From Candidatus Omnitrophota bacterium (GTDB lineage: Bacteria > Omnitrophota > Gorgyraeia > Zapsychrales > Zapsychraceae), in assembly GCA_022703565.1 (NCBI GenBank), contig JAKLDK010000003.1, positions 1-54,603 of the forward strand: a stretch of 54,603 nucleotides of DNA. The letters run 5' to 3'. The first letter of the stretch is position 1. Each line of letters begins with the position of its first letter. Shown here piece by piece: positions 24,437-33,990 of the stretch. Both the position numbers and the translations under genes were made by a program. The notes beneath the pieces were generated by a model. The model was not told the DNA's origin. It did not search any database and worked only from the letters and a program-made list of their open reading frames with translations.

Positions 24437-25858
24437 ATGCTTAAAGGCAAATTCAAAAATAAATTAGCAGTTGAGTTATTCCTATTGTTTTTTGCTGTGG
24501 CGGCTAATGCTCAGGTAGAAAATGGAATTAACTATTCTGACGCCGAAACAATAAAGAAAGAAATTTTGCTTGAACAAAGCAAAGCTAGGATTGAAGAGTT
24601 TTACGGTGTCCCATATGATTTGTCTTTTATGCCGGAAGAATATGACCCGTCCGAGCTTATCATTGCTGTTAATGATATTTTGCTTAAACTAGATATTGAT
24701 ATTGCCGGAGTAGCGGTCTTAGGTGAAGGGCTGGCTTTTGATTTTGTTAGGATAGCCAAAACCTCAAAAGTCAATAAAGACGGTAAACTGGCCGAAGAGA
24801 AGTTTGTTTTACTTATCAGTTCCGATTTAGCCGAGAATCCAAACGGGATTATAAATATTATAAAAGAAGAAAAAGCTCCGACAGAAGCAGAAGTAAGGCA
24901 AAATGAAGTTAATCAGATACGGCGGGATACTGTCCGGTCGGTATTAGGCGACAAATATTTATCGGAAGAAGAGAAGAAAAAAATAACGGCGCAAATGGCG
25001 CAAAAATCAGCCGATTTTTTAGAAGGCTTTAAAGAAACCTTGGAAAAGGGAATTAATTTCGGCGATAAAAAGGTAAAAATAAAGATTTATGATTATTACA
25101 AGACTTACGGAGAGATGTTCGCGCGGGAAGATGTTTTGCTCGAGCGTGATTCAATAGAAGCAGTTAAAAAAGATGAGAAACAAAAAGAACAACAGCAAAA
25201 AGAATTCTTCTCCAATGGCAAAGTTAAAACAATAGTAAATTATAAAAATGGTAAAAAGAATGGCTTAAGTGTTGAGTATTATGATAATGGAAATAAGAAG
25301 AAAGAGGAAAAATATAAAGATAACGAACTTGACGGCAAGGTTTTTGAATATTATCCGACAGGAAAGGTAAAGAGTGTTTCGAACTATATAGCTGGCAAGT
25401 TAGAAGGTTTAATCCAGGAATATTATGAAGATGGCGCAGTTTCTAAAACGATGTTTTATTCAAACAATCAGCTTGGTGGGCAGTATAAGAGTTATTATAA
25501 AAACGGCGTTGTTTCCACGGAAGTCCAGTATAAAAATGGACAGCGGGACGGAGCTTATAAGGAATATTTTGAGGATGGAAAAACAAAGTATTTAGAAGAA
25601 TATAAAAATGGCGTTGTTGACGGTATTGCCCGGGAATATTATCCGAACGGACAATTGCAGTATGAAAATTCTTATGCTGGAGGAGCTTTGGACGGAGAAT
25701 CTAAATATTATTACGAGAATGGCGTTATTAAATACTTAACAACCTACCGGGGCGGAAAACTTAATGGAGTAGCCAAAGATTATTCTCAAATAGGTGAAGA
25801 ATGGGCAGAATATTATTACGAAAACGATGTTTTAATTTCAAATAAAAAAAATAATTAA
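24437..25858 (+). CDS. Secreted MORN-repeat (YwqK-like, MORN_2) protein
   Basis: I prefer ATG 24437, just after the pilin stop. The signal is MLKGKFKNKLAVELFLLFFAVAANA|Q. The C-terminal half has about 9 repeats of the form NGK(V)K....Y.NG...G...EYY.NG. Confidence 0.75.
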   Translation: MLKGKFKNKLAVELFLLFFAVAANAQVENGINYSDAETIKKEILLEQSKARIEEFYGVPYDLSFMPEEYDPSELIIAVNDILLKLDIDIAGVAVLGEGLAFDFVRIAKTSKVNKDGKLAEEKFVLLISSDLAENPNGIINIIKEEKAPTEAEVRQNEVNQIRRDTVRSVLGDKYLSEEEKKKITAQMAQKSADFLEGFKETLEKGINFGDKKVKIKIYDYYKTYGEMFAREDVLLERDSIEAVKKDEKQKEQQQKEFFSNGKVKTIVNYKNGKKNGLSVEYYDNGNKKKEEKYKDNELDGKVFEYYPTGKVKSVSNYIAGKLEGLIQEYYEDGAVSKTMFYSNNQLGGQYKSYYKNGVVSTEVQYKNGQRDGAYKEYFEDGKTKYLEEYKNGVVDGIAREYYPNGQLQYENSYAGGALDGESKYYYENGVIKYLTTYRGGKLNGVAKDYSQIGEEWAEYYYENDVLISNKKNN

Positions 25859-25887
25859 TTTATCAAATTTGCCTATATAATAACGTA

Positions 25888-26415
25888 ATGAGAAAAGATA
25901 AACAAGCAATGCCTAAAGAAATAAAAATTGGCCGCGGGGGTTTCACTTTCCTAGAGATTGTTATAGTAATGATTATTCTTGGAGTTTTAACCTCACTAGC
26001 TATTCCGCGTTATCAAGTAATGATTGAGAAATCGCGCACAGTCGAAGGGATAAAAGTTTTATCCGATATTCATCGTGCCCAGGAAAGGTATAGTTACCTG
26101 GCAAATGGGGTTTATTCGACTAATGTTGATGATTTAAATTTGTCATTCTCGCCTTTGGCTTATTTTGAAAATCCAGCAGTCAATAGCGCGGGCGGTACTG
26201 TCTTAAATCCACCCAATTTCCTGGGTTCTATAACCCGTAAAGGTGATTTGTATACTCTTTATATTACTGCAAAGAGTATTTTTTCATGCAAAAAAGGCGA
26301 GGGCGTTGAGGTCGAATATTGCACTATTTTGGGTTTTAGGAAATTTAAAGATTTTGTCGAAGATGAGGGCGAAATTCCGTACATTCCGCAAAATGAAGGG
26401 GGAGAAAACCCTTAG
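25888..26415 (+). CDS. Type IV pilin / pseudopilin-like protein (prepilin-type N-terminus)
   Basis: It reads GRGG|FTFLEIVIVMIILGVLTSLAIPRYQ with Glu at +5. The start could be Met1 or Met8. Confidence 0.8.
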   Translation: MRKDKQAMPKEIKIGRGGFTFLEIVIVMIILGVLTSLAIPRYQVMIEKSRTVEGIKVLSDIHRAQERYSYLANGVYSTNVDDLNLSFSPLAYFENPAVNSAGGTVLNPPNFLGSITRKGDLYTLYITAKSIFSCKKGEGVEVEYCTILGFRKFKDFVEDEGEIPYIPQNEGGENP

Positions 26416-26446
26416 GTATAAACTTTCCATTAAAAAGGAGAAGATT

Positions 26447-26860
26447 GTGAGAAGAGATTATAAAAGACGGTTACTTCTGCACACTAATAAGTTTCAGAAA
26501 TTGATTATTTGGCCGATTATTGCCGCCTGTTTTGTGGCTGGGGCAATGACTTTCTTTTGCTTGGAATATTATTTGGCGTCAATAACCAATACCGGGATAA
26601 TTATTTTTAATTATGATGTCACAGCTTTTGAATGGGCGATACCAACGCTTCTTTTAAGCGTAGCTTTTATATTAATTTTTATTATTTATTGGGTTTTTTA
26701 TATTTCGAGCAAGATTGTTGGCCCCTTTGACAGGATTACCCGCGAACTAGACGAGGTTTTAGCCGGCAAAAGAAAAGGCCCGCTAGGAGCTCGGCAGGGC
26801 GATACGATGTTTGAAGAATTGCTCAAAAGGGTCAATACTCTACTCGAGCGAATCAAATAG
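26447..26860 (+). CDS. Small two-TM membrane protein
   Basis: I prefer GTG 26447, which is preceded by AAGGAG. The tracked longer ORF from 26243 overlaps the pilin gene. Two hydrophobic helices are followed by an amphipathic C-terminal helix. Confidence 0.55.
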   Translation: MRRDYKRRLLLHTNKFQKLIIWPIIAACFVAGAMTFFCLEYYLASITNTGIIIFNYDVTAFEWAIPTLLLSVAFILIFIIYWVFYISSKIVGPFDRITRELDEVLAGKRKGPLGARQGDTMFEELLKRVNTLLERIK

Positions 26861-26938
26861 TTGTTTCGTCTACAAGGGAAAAATACGCCGAATAAAAATA
26901 TATCTTTTGAAGGCCAGCTGAGGAGCGAACTAATATAA

Positions 26939-28852
26939 ATGTTTGGGGTAATTGTCCAGGTTTTTCTCCTTTCAAACCTAATTTCCGCTTTTTTGTATTT
27001 TCTATTTTTCCGTTATTCGTCAATAATCTGGTCGTTTAATCCTGTTGTAAATCTTAAGGATTTTATGCCTGTTATTCAAGCCGCGATAATCCAGGGCCAA
27101 TCCGGAATTGAAACGCAGTTGTTGTACATTATGATGTTCTTAAACATGGGCTTTTCGGTATTTCTATATGCCTTTGTGCTAAAAGTAAAGAATGAAAATG
27201 TCAAAAAGATTTTATTCTTATCGGCTTTTGTCGTGGTGGCTTTATATTTCTTAAAGATAGGTTTTGTGCTTCCGCCGTCGAGAGTGGAGGAAATGTTTTC
27301 CAGGATAATGCTAACCTTTTTAATGTTAGTATTATCAATAATTTTATTTTTAAATAAAAGGCGTTGGATAACCGAGATCTTTTTTGCGGTGGTGTTATTT
27401 CTTGTGTGTTTTATTCCTTACCAAGGTTATTCTTTGCGGGACTTAACTTTTATTCTTACCCCCGCACTTAGAATTATAAACGGTTATAGCCTCAACGAAT
27501 CTTATTTTGAGTACAATTACTTTTTGTCTCTTTTAGGGGCATTATGGATAAAACTAAATTTATCGATTTATTTCTTTCCTATCCTAGGGCAAAGCGCTTA
27601 CTATGCTTTTTTGCTTGGGCTTTATTTTTTCGCGAAAAAGTATTTTTTGGATAAGCGCCTGGCGCCGCTTTTAGTTTTAGCTTTAATTGTTTTTAAGATG
27701 TATGGAATCCATCTTTCTAACACGGGAACTTTTCAATGTACTCCTTTGCGGCTTGATATGTGGTTTCTGTTGGTTTTATTCGCCTATTGGAAAGGATTAA
27801 AGCATTGGTCTCTGGGGATTATCTTAGGGTTGCTTATTATGTTTCATTTTACCTTCGGAATTATATATTCAGTTACGTATCTTATTCTCCTTGGCATCTT
27901 ATTCTTTATCGATATTTACGGCCGGCAAATCAGTTTGTGGCAGAGGGTAAAAAAGCATTGGTTACTTTATAATAAGAATATAATTATTATATTTTTTTCT
28001 TTCTTGATTTATAAAATATTTCTTTCTCCTAATGCGGCTGAGGCGGCTTTTTCATATCAAAAATACAATCTCGGGTTTTTACGAATTTCTATTAATTCCT
28101 TCTATTGGTATTTCCCGGGTATTTTCAGCTCAGTTATTATTCTTCTTTTAAGAAATAGGCCTGCCCGAGAAGAAAACATTACAACAGATGAGCAACCCAG
28201 ATTATCGACAAAATATTTTCATGTGGGTATTTTTCTTGTCCTTTTGGCAATCGGTAATTCAATTTATTTCTTTGGAAGAAGTTACGAGGGAAGTATTCAG
28301 GCGATTGCCGGTTCGCTATTTTTTGTTTTATATTTATTCCTTGACCTAGTGCAATTCGAATTGAACAAGAATCAAAAATCTATAGTGTATAAAGTTATTG
28401 TCCCCAGTTTAGCGGTATGTTTTATTTTAATCCTTAGCTACTTTTATGCGGGAAGAATAATAGATCGGCTAAAATATCAAAAAACATTTATTGCTAAAGG
28501 GCGCTCTTCTTTTGCCGAGTATTATCGAAATCCCATCGACCTTCATATCGAGGAGGTTAAAAGAATAACGCGCGGGAGCGAGAAAATAACGTTTATAAGT
28601 AAAAATGATTTCTTTTATTATTATGACGGCGGATATGTTCCCCAAGGATTCAATTGTTTTACTTATAGTTTTCTTCTTAAAAAAGATGCTATAGCTTTCT
28701 GGGAATCGCAAATAAATAATGGCTATTATTTGGTTATTCCGGTTAATGAATTCCAATTCTTTATTGAGGTGCTTTTGGGGATAAATCATGACAATGTTAC
28801 TACGCGCACGCCTAATTTTATCGTGATTTATAATCCGGAAAAAGTATTTTAA
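26939..28852 (+). CDS. Large polytopic integral membrane protein (12 or more TM helices) with a C-terminal soluble domain
   Basis: The 637-aa ORF is dominated by hydrophobic segments. I recognise no catalytic motif; a GT-C-like or polymerase-like role is only a guess. Confidence 0.6.
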   Translation: MFGVIVQVFLLSNLISAFLYFLFFRYSSIIWSFNPVVNLKDFMPVIQAAIIQGQSGIETQLLYIMMFLNMGFSVFLYAFVLKVKNENVKKILFLSAFVVVALYFLKIGFVLPPSRVEEMFSRIMLTFLMLVLSIILFLNKRRWITEIFFAVVLFLVCFIPYQGYSLRDLTFILTPALRIINGYSLNESYFEYNYFLSLLGALWIKLNLSIYFFPILGQSAYYAFLLGLYFFAKKYFLDKRLAPLLVLALIVFKMYGIHLSNTGTFQCTPLRLDMWFLLVLFAYWKGLKHWSLGIILGLLIMFHFTFGIIYSVTYLILLGILFFIDIYGRQISLWQRVKKHWLLYNKNIIIIFFSFLIYKIFLSPNAAEAAFSYQKYNLGFLRISINSFYWYFPGIFSSVIILLLRNRPAREENITTDEQPRLSTKYFHVGIFLVLLAIGNSIYFFGRSYEGSIQAIAGSLFFVLYLFLDLVQFELNKNQKSIVYKVIVPSLAVCFILILSYFYAGRIIDRLKYQKTFIAKGRSSFAEYYRNPIDLHIEEVKRITRGSEKITFISKNDFFYYYDGGYVPQGFNCFTYSFLLKKDAIAFWESQINNGYYLVIPVNEFQFFIEVLLGINHDNVTTRTPNFIVIYNPEKVF

Positions 28853-29240
28853 GACCGGTTGCTTTTAAAGGCCATAGCATGGTTATATTACCTATAGATG
28901 TCATGTTTGGTCTAGTTTCCACGATATGTTCCAGTGAAGCCTTTCACTTGCCGTGAAACCTGAGAAGTGTATAAAAGCTCATAATCTTGCCTAATGTTTA
29001 ACCCAGATTCTTCATTAGAAAGTATAATTTGGATTGAACCACCGCTTTTCTCAGGCAGGGCATTAATGGTAGCGGCCGATTTTGCCGGAACACTTTATTC
29101 CAGTAATTGTATTCGTACAAATGTCTCTAATGCAAAATCCGGTTTAAATATCGCAAATTAAAATCAAACAAAAAGATGAAAGTTTTTATCGATTAAAGTA
29201 TACTAATGGCAATATTAATTATTTTTGAAAGGGGTTATTA

Positions 29241-29942
29241 ATGAAGCCCGAGATAAAAAATTCCGGAATCCTTTCGCATACTTGTCTTTCTTTGAATCAG
29301 GAGGCGGTATTATCCGAAGAATCTCTAGGGGAGAAACTTAAAATAGTTATTGATAGTTTGCCCTCGCAAGGGGTAAGCCTTTCTGAGATTCGAGACCTTT
29401 TCGGGCAGGATGGGCTTATGCTACTTACGGTTTTTCTGACAATTCCTTTTATGATTCCTGTTTCGATTCCCGGGGTTAGTACAGTGTTTGGCGCTGCTAT
29501 TTTGCTTATTGGCATTAGCCGTCTTTTGGGACGCAATTTATGGCTGCCTAAGCGCTTTGAAGAGCGTATATTACCGGCGGATAAATTACGTGCAGGGCTT
29601 ACTCAGGGCCTAAAAATATTTCATCAATTAGAACGGTTAACTTGTCCTCGTCGTTTTAAGAATTTTACCTCCGATGGGTTAATTGGGGCAATAAATAATT
29701 GCGCTCTTATTATGGGCGCGGTTCTTCTTATGGCGCCGTTCGGATTCGTTCCTTTTAGTAATACCTTGCCCGGGCTGGCATTGCTGCTTTTGGCAATTGG
29801 ATTGTTGCAGCGTGACGGAGTATTTATACTGCTCGGGTATTGCGTTAATGTTGTAACAGTATTTTATTTTTTATTTCTCATCGCCGGCGGTACTGTAATA
29901 ATCCAGAAGATATTGCATTATTTTACGGGAGTAGCGACTTAG
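29241..29942 (+). CDS. exoD: ExoD-family (exopolysaccharide synthesis) membrane protein
   Basis: LSEIRDLFGQDGLMLLTVFLTIPFMIPVSIPGVSTVFGAAILLIGISRLLGRNLWLPKRF matches the ExoD family pattern. SD GAAAGGGG lies upstream. Confidence 0.75.
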   Translation: MKPEIKNSGILSHTCLSLNQEAVLSEESLGEKLKIVIDSLPSQGVSLSEIRDLFGQDGLMLLTVFLTIPFMIPVSIPGVSTVFGAAILLIGISRLLGRNLWLPKRFEERILPADKLRAGLTQGLKIFHQLERLTCPRRFKNFTSDGLIGAINNCALIMGAVLLMAPFGFVPFSNTLPGLALLLLAIGLLQRDGVFILLGYCVNVVTVFYFLFLIAGGTVIIQKILHYFTGVAT

Positions 29943-29984
29943 CCTTTTTCTGGCATTATCTTTTATTGTGTTGCGAGGGACAGC

Positions 29985-31517
29985 TTATCCCCACCAATTT
30001 CTATCTAAGCTGCGGTATTGAATCGCTTCCGCAATATGTTCCGGCAAAATATCCTCTGAGCCTAATAAATCAGCGATAGTGCGCGCAACTTTTATAATTT
30101 TATCATGTGCCCGGGCGGAAATTCCCAAATCATCAATGGCTTGTTTCAAAAGATTCTTGCTTTCTTCGGGAAGAGGGCAGAATTTTATGATTTGTTTATG
30201 GCTCATAAAGCTGTTGGCATGAATGCCTGTATCAGCGAATCTTTGATGTTGAATTGTGCGGGCTTTTATTGTCCTTTGTTTTATTTCCTGGGAAGATTCT
30301 GATTTTGAACTTAATAGCATTTCATTGGTATTAACTGAAGAAACTTCAATGTGCAAATCAATTCTATCCAAAAGAGGTCCGGAAATTCTTGAAATATATT
30401 TCTGAATTTGATTTTGCGAGCAGGAACATTTTCTTTTTCGGTCGCCAAACCACCCGCACGGGCAGGGGTTCATCGCGCAAACGAGCATAAAATTGGCCGG
30501 AAATCTTAACGTCCTAGCCGCCCGGGCGATTGTGACATAATGGTCTTCCAAAGGTTGCCTTAAGGCTTCGAGGACAGTGCGGTTAAATTCCGGGAATTCA
30601 TCTAAGAATAAAACTCCATTATGGCTTAGTGTAACTTCTCCCGGCCTAGGGTATGAACCGCCTCCGACAATTGCCGCGGCTGATGTGGTGTGATGCGGAG
30701 AACGAAAAGGCCTTTGTTTTATTATTCCGTTTGTTTGATCAATCAAACCCACAACCGAATGGATTTTTGTTGTTTCTAATATTTCTTCAAAATTCATATC
30801 CGGCAGAATCGCAGAAAGCCGTTTAGCGAGCATGCTTTTTCCGCTTCCGGGCGGCCCGATTAAAAGGATATTATGTGACCCGGCGCAAGCGATTTCCAAA
30901 GCCCTTTTAGCCAAAGCCTGGCCTTTAACGTCGGAAAAATCCAAATCGCTTGGCAGGGAGGAGGAAAGATGAGTTGCCTTTAAACATTCCTGCGGATTTA
31001 TCGAATCAATGTTTTGCAAAAGAAAAACTGCTTCATTTAAATCTTTTACGGAATATATTTTACTGTACTGGGTAATCAGCGCTTCTTTTAAATTCGGGAA
31101 TGGTACGGCAACTTTGTAATTAGCATTATCTTTAATCGTTGTGACGATCGGCAGAATTCCTTTTGTCGGTTGCAAGCTTCCGTCTAAAGAAAGCTCGCCG
31201 ATAAAAATAAAATCAGGCATATTCTTTTGTGGAATTTGTCCGCTGGCGGCTAAAATGCCTAGGGCTATAGCTAAGTCAAAAGAAGGGCCTTCTTTTTTGA
31301 CATCAGCCGGAGAGAGATTAATCGTAATCCTGCCCAACGGATATTTATATCCACTGTTTTTAATCGCGGAACGGACGCGTTCTTTACTTTCCTTGATCGC
31401 ATTATCCGGCAAACCCACGATAATTGTTGAGGGCAGGCCGTTTGATACATCAACTTCAATTGTAACCGGATAAGAATCCAAGCCGGTTATTCCGAAACTG
31501 TAGTTTTTGGATAGCAT
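29985..31517 (-). CDS. comM: YifB/ComM family Mg-chelatase-like AAA+ ATPase
   Basis: The N-terminal Lon-like domain reads GLDSYPVTIEVDVSNGLPSTIIVGLPDNAIKESKERV. Walker A GPPGSGKSM and the motifs LFLDEFPEF and CPCG are present. Confidence 0.9.
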   Translation of the reverse strand: MLSKNYSFGITGLDSYPVTIEVDVSNGLPSTIIVGLPDNAIKESKERVRSAIKNSGYKYPLGRITINLSPADVKKEGPSFDLAIALGILAASGQIPQKNMPDFIFIGELSLDGSLQPTKGILPIVTTIKDNANYKVAVPFPNLKEALITQYSKIYSVKDLNEAVFLLQNIDSINPQECLKATHLSSSLPSDLDFSDVKGQALAKRALEIACAGSHNILLIGPPGSGKSMLAKRLSAILPDMNFEEILETTKIHSVVGLIDQTNGIIKQRPFRSPHHTTSAAAIVGGGSYPRPGEVTLSHNGVLFLDEFPEFNRTVLEALRQPLEDHYVTIARAARTLRFPANFMLVCAMNPCPCGWFGDRKRKCSCSQNQIQKYISRISGPLLDRIDLHIEVSSVNTNEMLLSSKSESSQEIKQRTIKARTIQHQRFADTGIHANSFMSHKQIIKFCPLPEESKNLLKQAIDDLGISARAHDKIIKVARTIADLLGSEDILPEHIAEAIQYRSLDRNWWG

Positions 31518-31680
31518 ATAAATATTAATATTAATATTTTGTAAGAGGATAACTATGAGTAGAATTGTCTTAGGGGAAATCGAGTGATTTGAGCATCTTA
31601 AAAGACCTTGCTTTTTTAATGCTCAATATTATAATGTAAAATAACATATTTTTATAAACAAGTCAATATAAGCGGATTTT

Positions 31681-32145
31681 ATGGAGCAAACAATATTTTT
31701 TAATTTCGGTGATATTTTTAAGAACAAAATATTTTTAATTACCATTTCTGTGTGGGCGATAACTCAGGGAATTAAGGTTTTTATAGGTATTATCGAAGAA
31801 AAAAGATTTAATTTCCGTTGGTTTATTGGAACAGGCGGAATGCCTTCTTCTCACGCGGCCGGTGTTACAGCGTTAGCTGTATCTTGTGGTATGCAAACAG
31901 GTTTTAAGTCTCCAATATTCGCGGTTGCCGCTATTTTTGCTTTGATTACTATGTTTGATGCGCAGGGAGTAAGGCGGGCAACCGGACAACAAGCGGCAAC
32001 TTTAAATAAAATTATTGACGATATGTATCATCACCGTTTTGGGGCGGAAAGGTTAATTGAGCTAATTGGACATACTCCTTTAGAGGTTATTATGGGTTTT
32101 CTTCTGGGAGTATTTCTATCTATTTGTTTATATTTAAAATGGTAG
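31681..32145 (+). CDS. Divergent PAP2 / DUF212 (YuiD-like) membrane protein
   Basis: GGMPSSHAAGVTALA and MFDAQGVRRATGQQA are hallmark motifs of this family. Confidence 0.8.
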   Translation: MEQTIFFNFGDIFKNKIFLITISVWAITQGIKVFIGIIEEKRFNFRWFIGTGGMPSSHAAGVTALAVSCGMQTGFKSPIFAVAAIFALITMFDAQGVRRATGQQAATLNKIIDDMYHHRFGAERLIELIGHTPLEVIMGFLLGVFLSICLYLKW

Positions 32146-32175
32146 GGCATTAAATTCCTTAAGGAGGGAAGTGAC

Positions 32176-33021
32176 GTGAGAAAGAAATATATAGTTTTTA
32201 TCTCTGTTTTGGCGGCTTTATTAGCGGGTTGGTTTTTGATGTCAAAAGAAAACAGAGAAGAAGTAGCTACGATTGCCGGCGATCAAATCATAAAACGGGA
32301 AGTTTCAGCCAAAGAAATTCCGGTTGAGAAAATGTATGAGAATGCCGAAGAATTATTGCAGGAAAGAAAACTGCAGGAAGCTAAAGATGAGTATCAGAAA
32401 ATAATTACCAAGCATCCGGATTATGACAAAATAGAAGAAGTTCAGAAGAAATTAGAAGGCATAAATATGGAAATAATTCTTTCTAACGCTCCTTCAAAAT
32501 ATAATGTAATTCATCAGGTGCAAGGCGGGGATACCTTAGGCAAGATTGCCCTAAAATATGGCACGACGGTAAGGTTGATTAAAAGAAAAAATAATTTGAA
32601 AAGTGATATTATCCGGGTAGGGCAAAAGTTAACGGTGTGGACAGGAAAGTTTAATATCTTTGTTGACAAATCGCAGAATATCTTGCTTCTTAAAATAGGC
32701 GACGAAATAGTTAAGGTATATAATGTTTCAACCGGCGAGAATAATAGCACTCCGGTCGGGGAGTTTAAAATTGATTCGAGGCTAGAGAATCCCGTTTGGT
32801 TTAACAAAGGCGCAGTTGTTCCTCCCGAGAGCCCAGAAAATGTCTTAGGCAGCCGTTGGTTGGGATTTGATACTATGCCAGGCTATGGAATTCATGGTAC
32901 GACCGACCCCGATTCTATCGGTACACAAGCGACCGCGGGATGTGTTCGCTTACGTAACAGCGAAGTCGAGGAGCTATTTGACTTGATTCCCGTCGGTACA
33001 AAAGTGGCTGTGGTGGACTAA
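32176..33021 (+). CDS. LysM-domain L,D-transpeptidase (YkuD family)
   Basis: The GTG start follows AAGGAGGG. The LysM region reads HQVQGGDTLGKIALKYGTTVRLIKRKNNL. The YkuD catalytic region reads GIHGTTDPDSIGTQATAGCVRLRN. Confidence 0.9.
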   Translation: MRKKYIVFISVLAALLAGWFLMSKENREEVATIAGDQIIKREVSAKEIPVEKMYENAEELLQERKLQEAKDEYQKIITKHPDYDKIEEVQKKLEGINMEIILSNAPSKYNVIHQVQGGDTLGKIALKYGTTVRLIKRKNNLKSDIIRVGQKLTVWTGKFNIFVDKSQNILLLKIGDEIVKVYNVSTGENNSTPVGEFKIDSRLENPVWFNKGAVVPPESPENVLGSRWLGFDTMPGYGIHGTTDPDSIGTQATAGCVRLRNSEVEELFDLIPVGTKVAVVD

Positions 33022-33025
33022 AAAT

Positions 33026-33982
33026 ATGGCATTCTTAGATTTTGAAAAACCGATTTATGAATTGGAAGCAAAGATCAACGAGCTAAAGGAATACGGCTCG
33101 GAAGAAGGGGTTAGTATCGCTCCTGAGGTAAAAAAGTTAGAGCAAAAATTGGAGAAAATAAAGGAAGATGTTTATTCTAACCTTAATACCTGGCAAAGAG
33201 TTCAATTGGCCCGGCATCCGGACCGGCCTTATACTTTAGATTATATCCGAATGATGATGACTGATTTTATTGAATTGCACGGCGATAGGCAATTTGCGGA
33301 TGATTGGGCGATTGTCGGCGGCTTGGCAATGTTGGATAAACAAAAAGTTATGGTTATAGGCCATCAAAAAGGACGGGATGTTAAAGAAAATATCCGTCGG
33401 AATTTTGGTTGCGCGCATCCGGAAGGTTATAAGAAAGCGATGCGCTTGATGCGTTTAGCGGAGAAGTTTAAAGTGCCGGTTGTAATATTTATTGATACCC
33501 CTGGGGCTTATCCGGGGCTTGGTGCGGAAGAACGTGGCCAGGCCCAGGCCATTGCCGAGAATTTACGTGATATGGCGCGAATAGCAACGCCGATCGTTTG
33601 TACGGTTATTGGCGAAGGAGGAAGCGGTGGAGCACTAGGTGTTGGAGTAGGGGATGTGGTTATGATATTAGAACATGCGTATTATTCGGTAATTTCTCCG
33701 GAAGGATGTGCTTCAATATTATGGCGCAGTAGTGCTAAGGCTTCTGAGGCCGCAGAAGTATTAAAAATTCACGGCGAGAAATTGATTAAGTTCGGAATTG
33801 TTGATGAGATTGTTAAAGAGCCTCTGGGTGGAGCGCACAATGACCCCGTTGTAGTAACCAATAATTTAAAGATTGCAATTATGCGGCATCTCCAAGAACT
33901 ATCTGCGATGAAAACAGAAGATTTAATTGAAAAGCGTTACGAAAGATTCCGCAAAATCGGCGAGTGGAGCACAACCGATTAA
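33026..33982 (+). CDS. accA: Acetyl-CoA carboxylase carboxyltransferase alpha subunit
   Basis: LDFEKPIYELEAKINEL, ARHPDRPYTLDYI, FIDTPGAYPG and GEGGSGGAL are all present. Confidence 0.95.
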   Translation: MAFLDFEKPIYELEAKINELKEYGSEEGVSIAPEVKKLEQKLEKIKEDVYSNLNTWQRVQLARHPDRPYTLDYIRMMMTDFIELHGDRQFADDWAIVGGLAMLDKQKVMVIGHQKGRDVKENIRRNFGCAHPEGYKKAMRLMRLAEKFKVPVVIFIDTPGAYPGLGAEERGQAQAIAENLRDMARIATPIVCTVIGEGGSGGALGVGVGDVVMILEHAYYSVISPEGCASILWRSSAKASEAAEVLKIHGEKLIKFGIVDEIVKEPLGGAHNDPVVVTNNLKIAIMRHLQELSAMKTEDLIEKRYERFRKIGEWSTTD

Positions 33983-33990
33983 GCGCTTTT

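Noticed and set aside
26243-26446. The long form of ORF 26243..26860, which overlaps the 3' end of the pilin gene.
   Set aside because: The overlapping part is out of frame with the pilin and has an implausible sequence. GTG 26447 with its AAGGAG SD gives a clean two-TM protein directly after the pilin stop.
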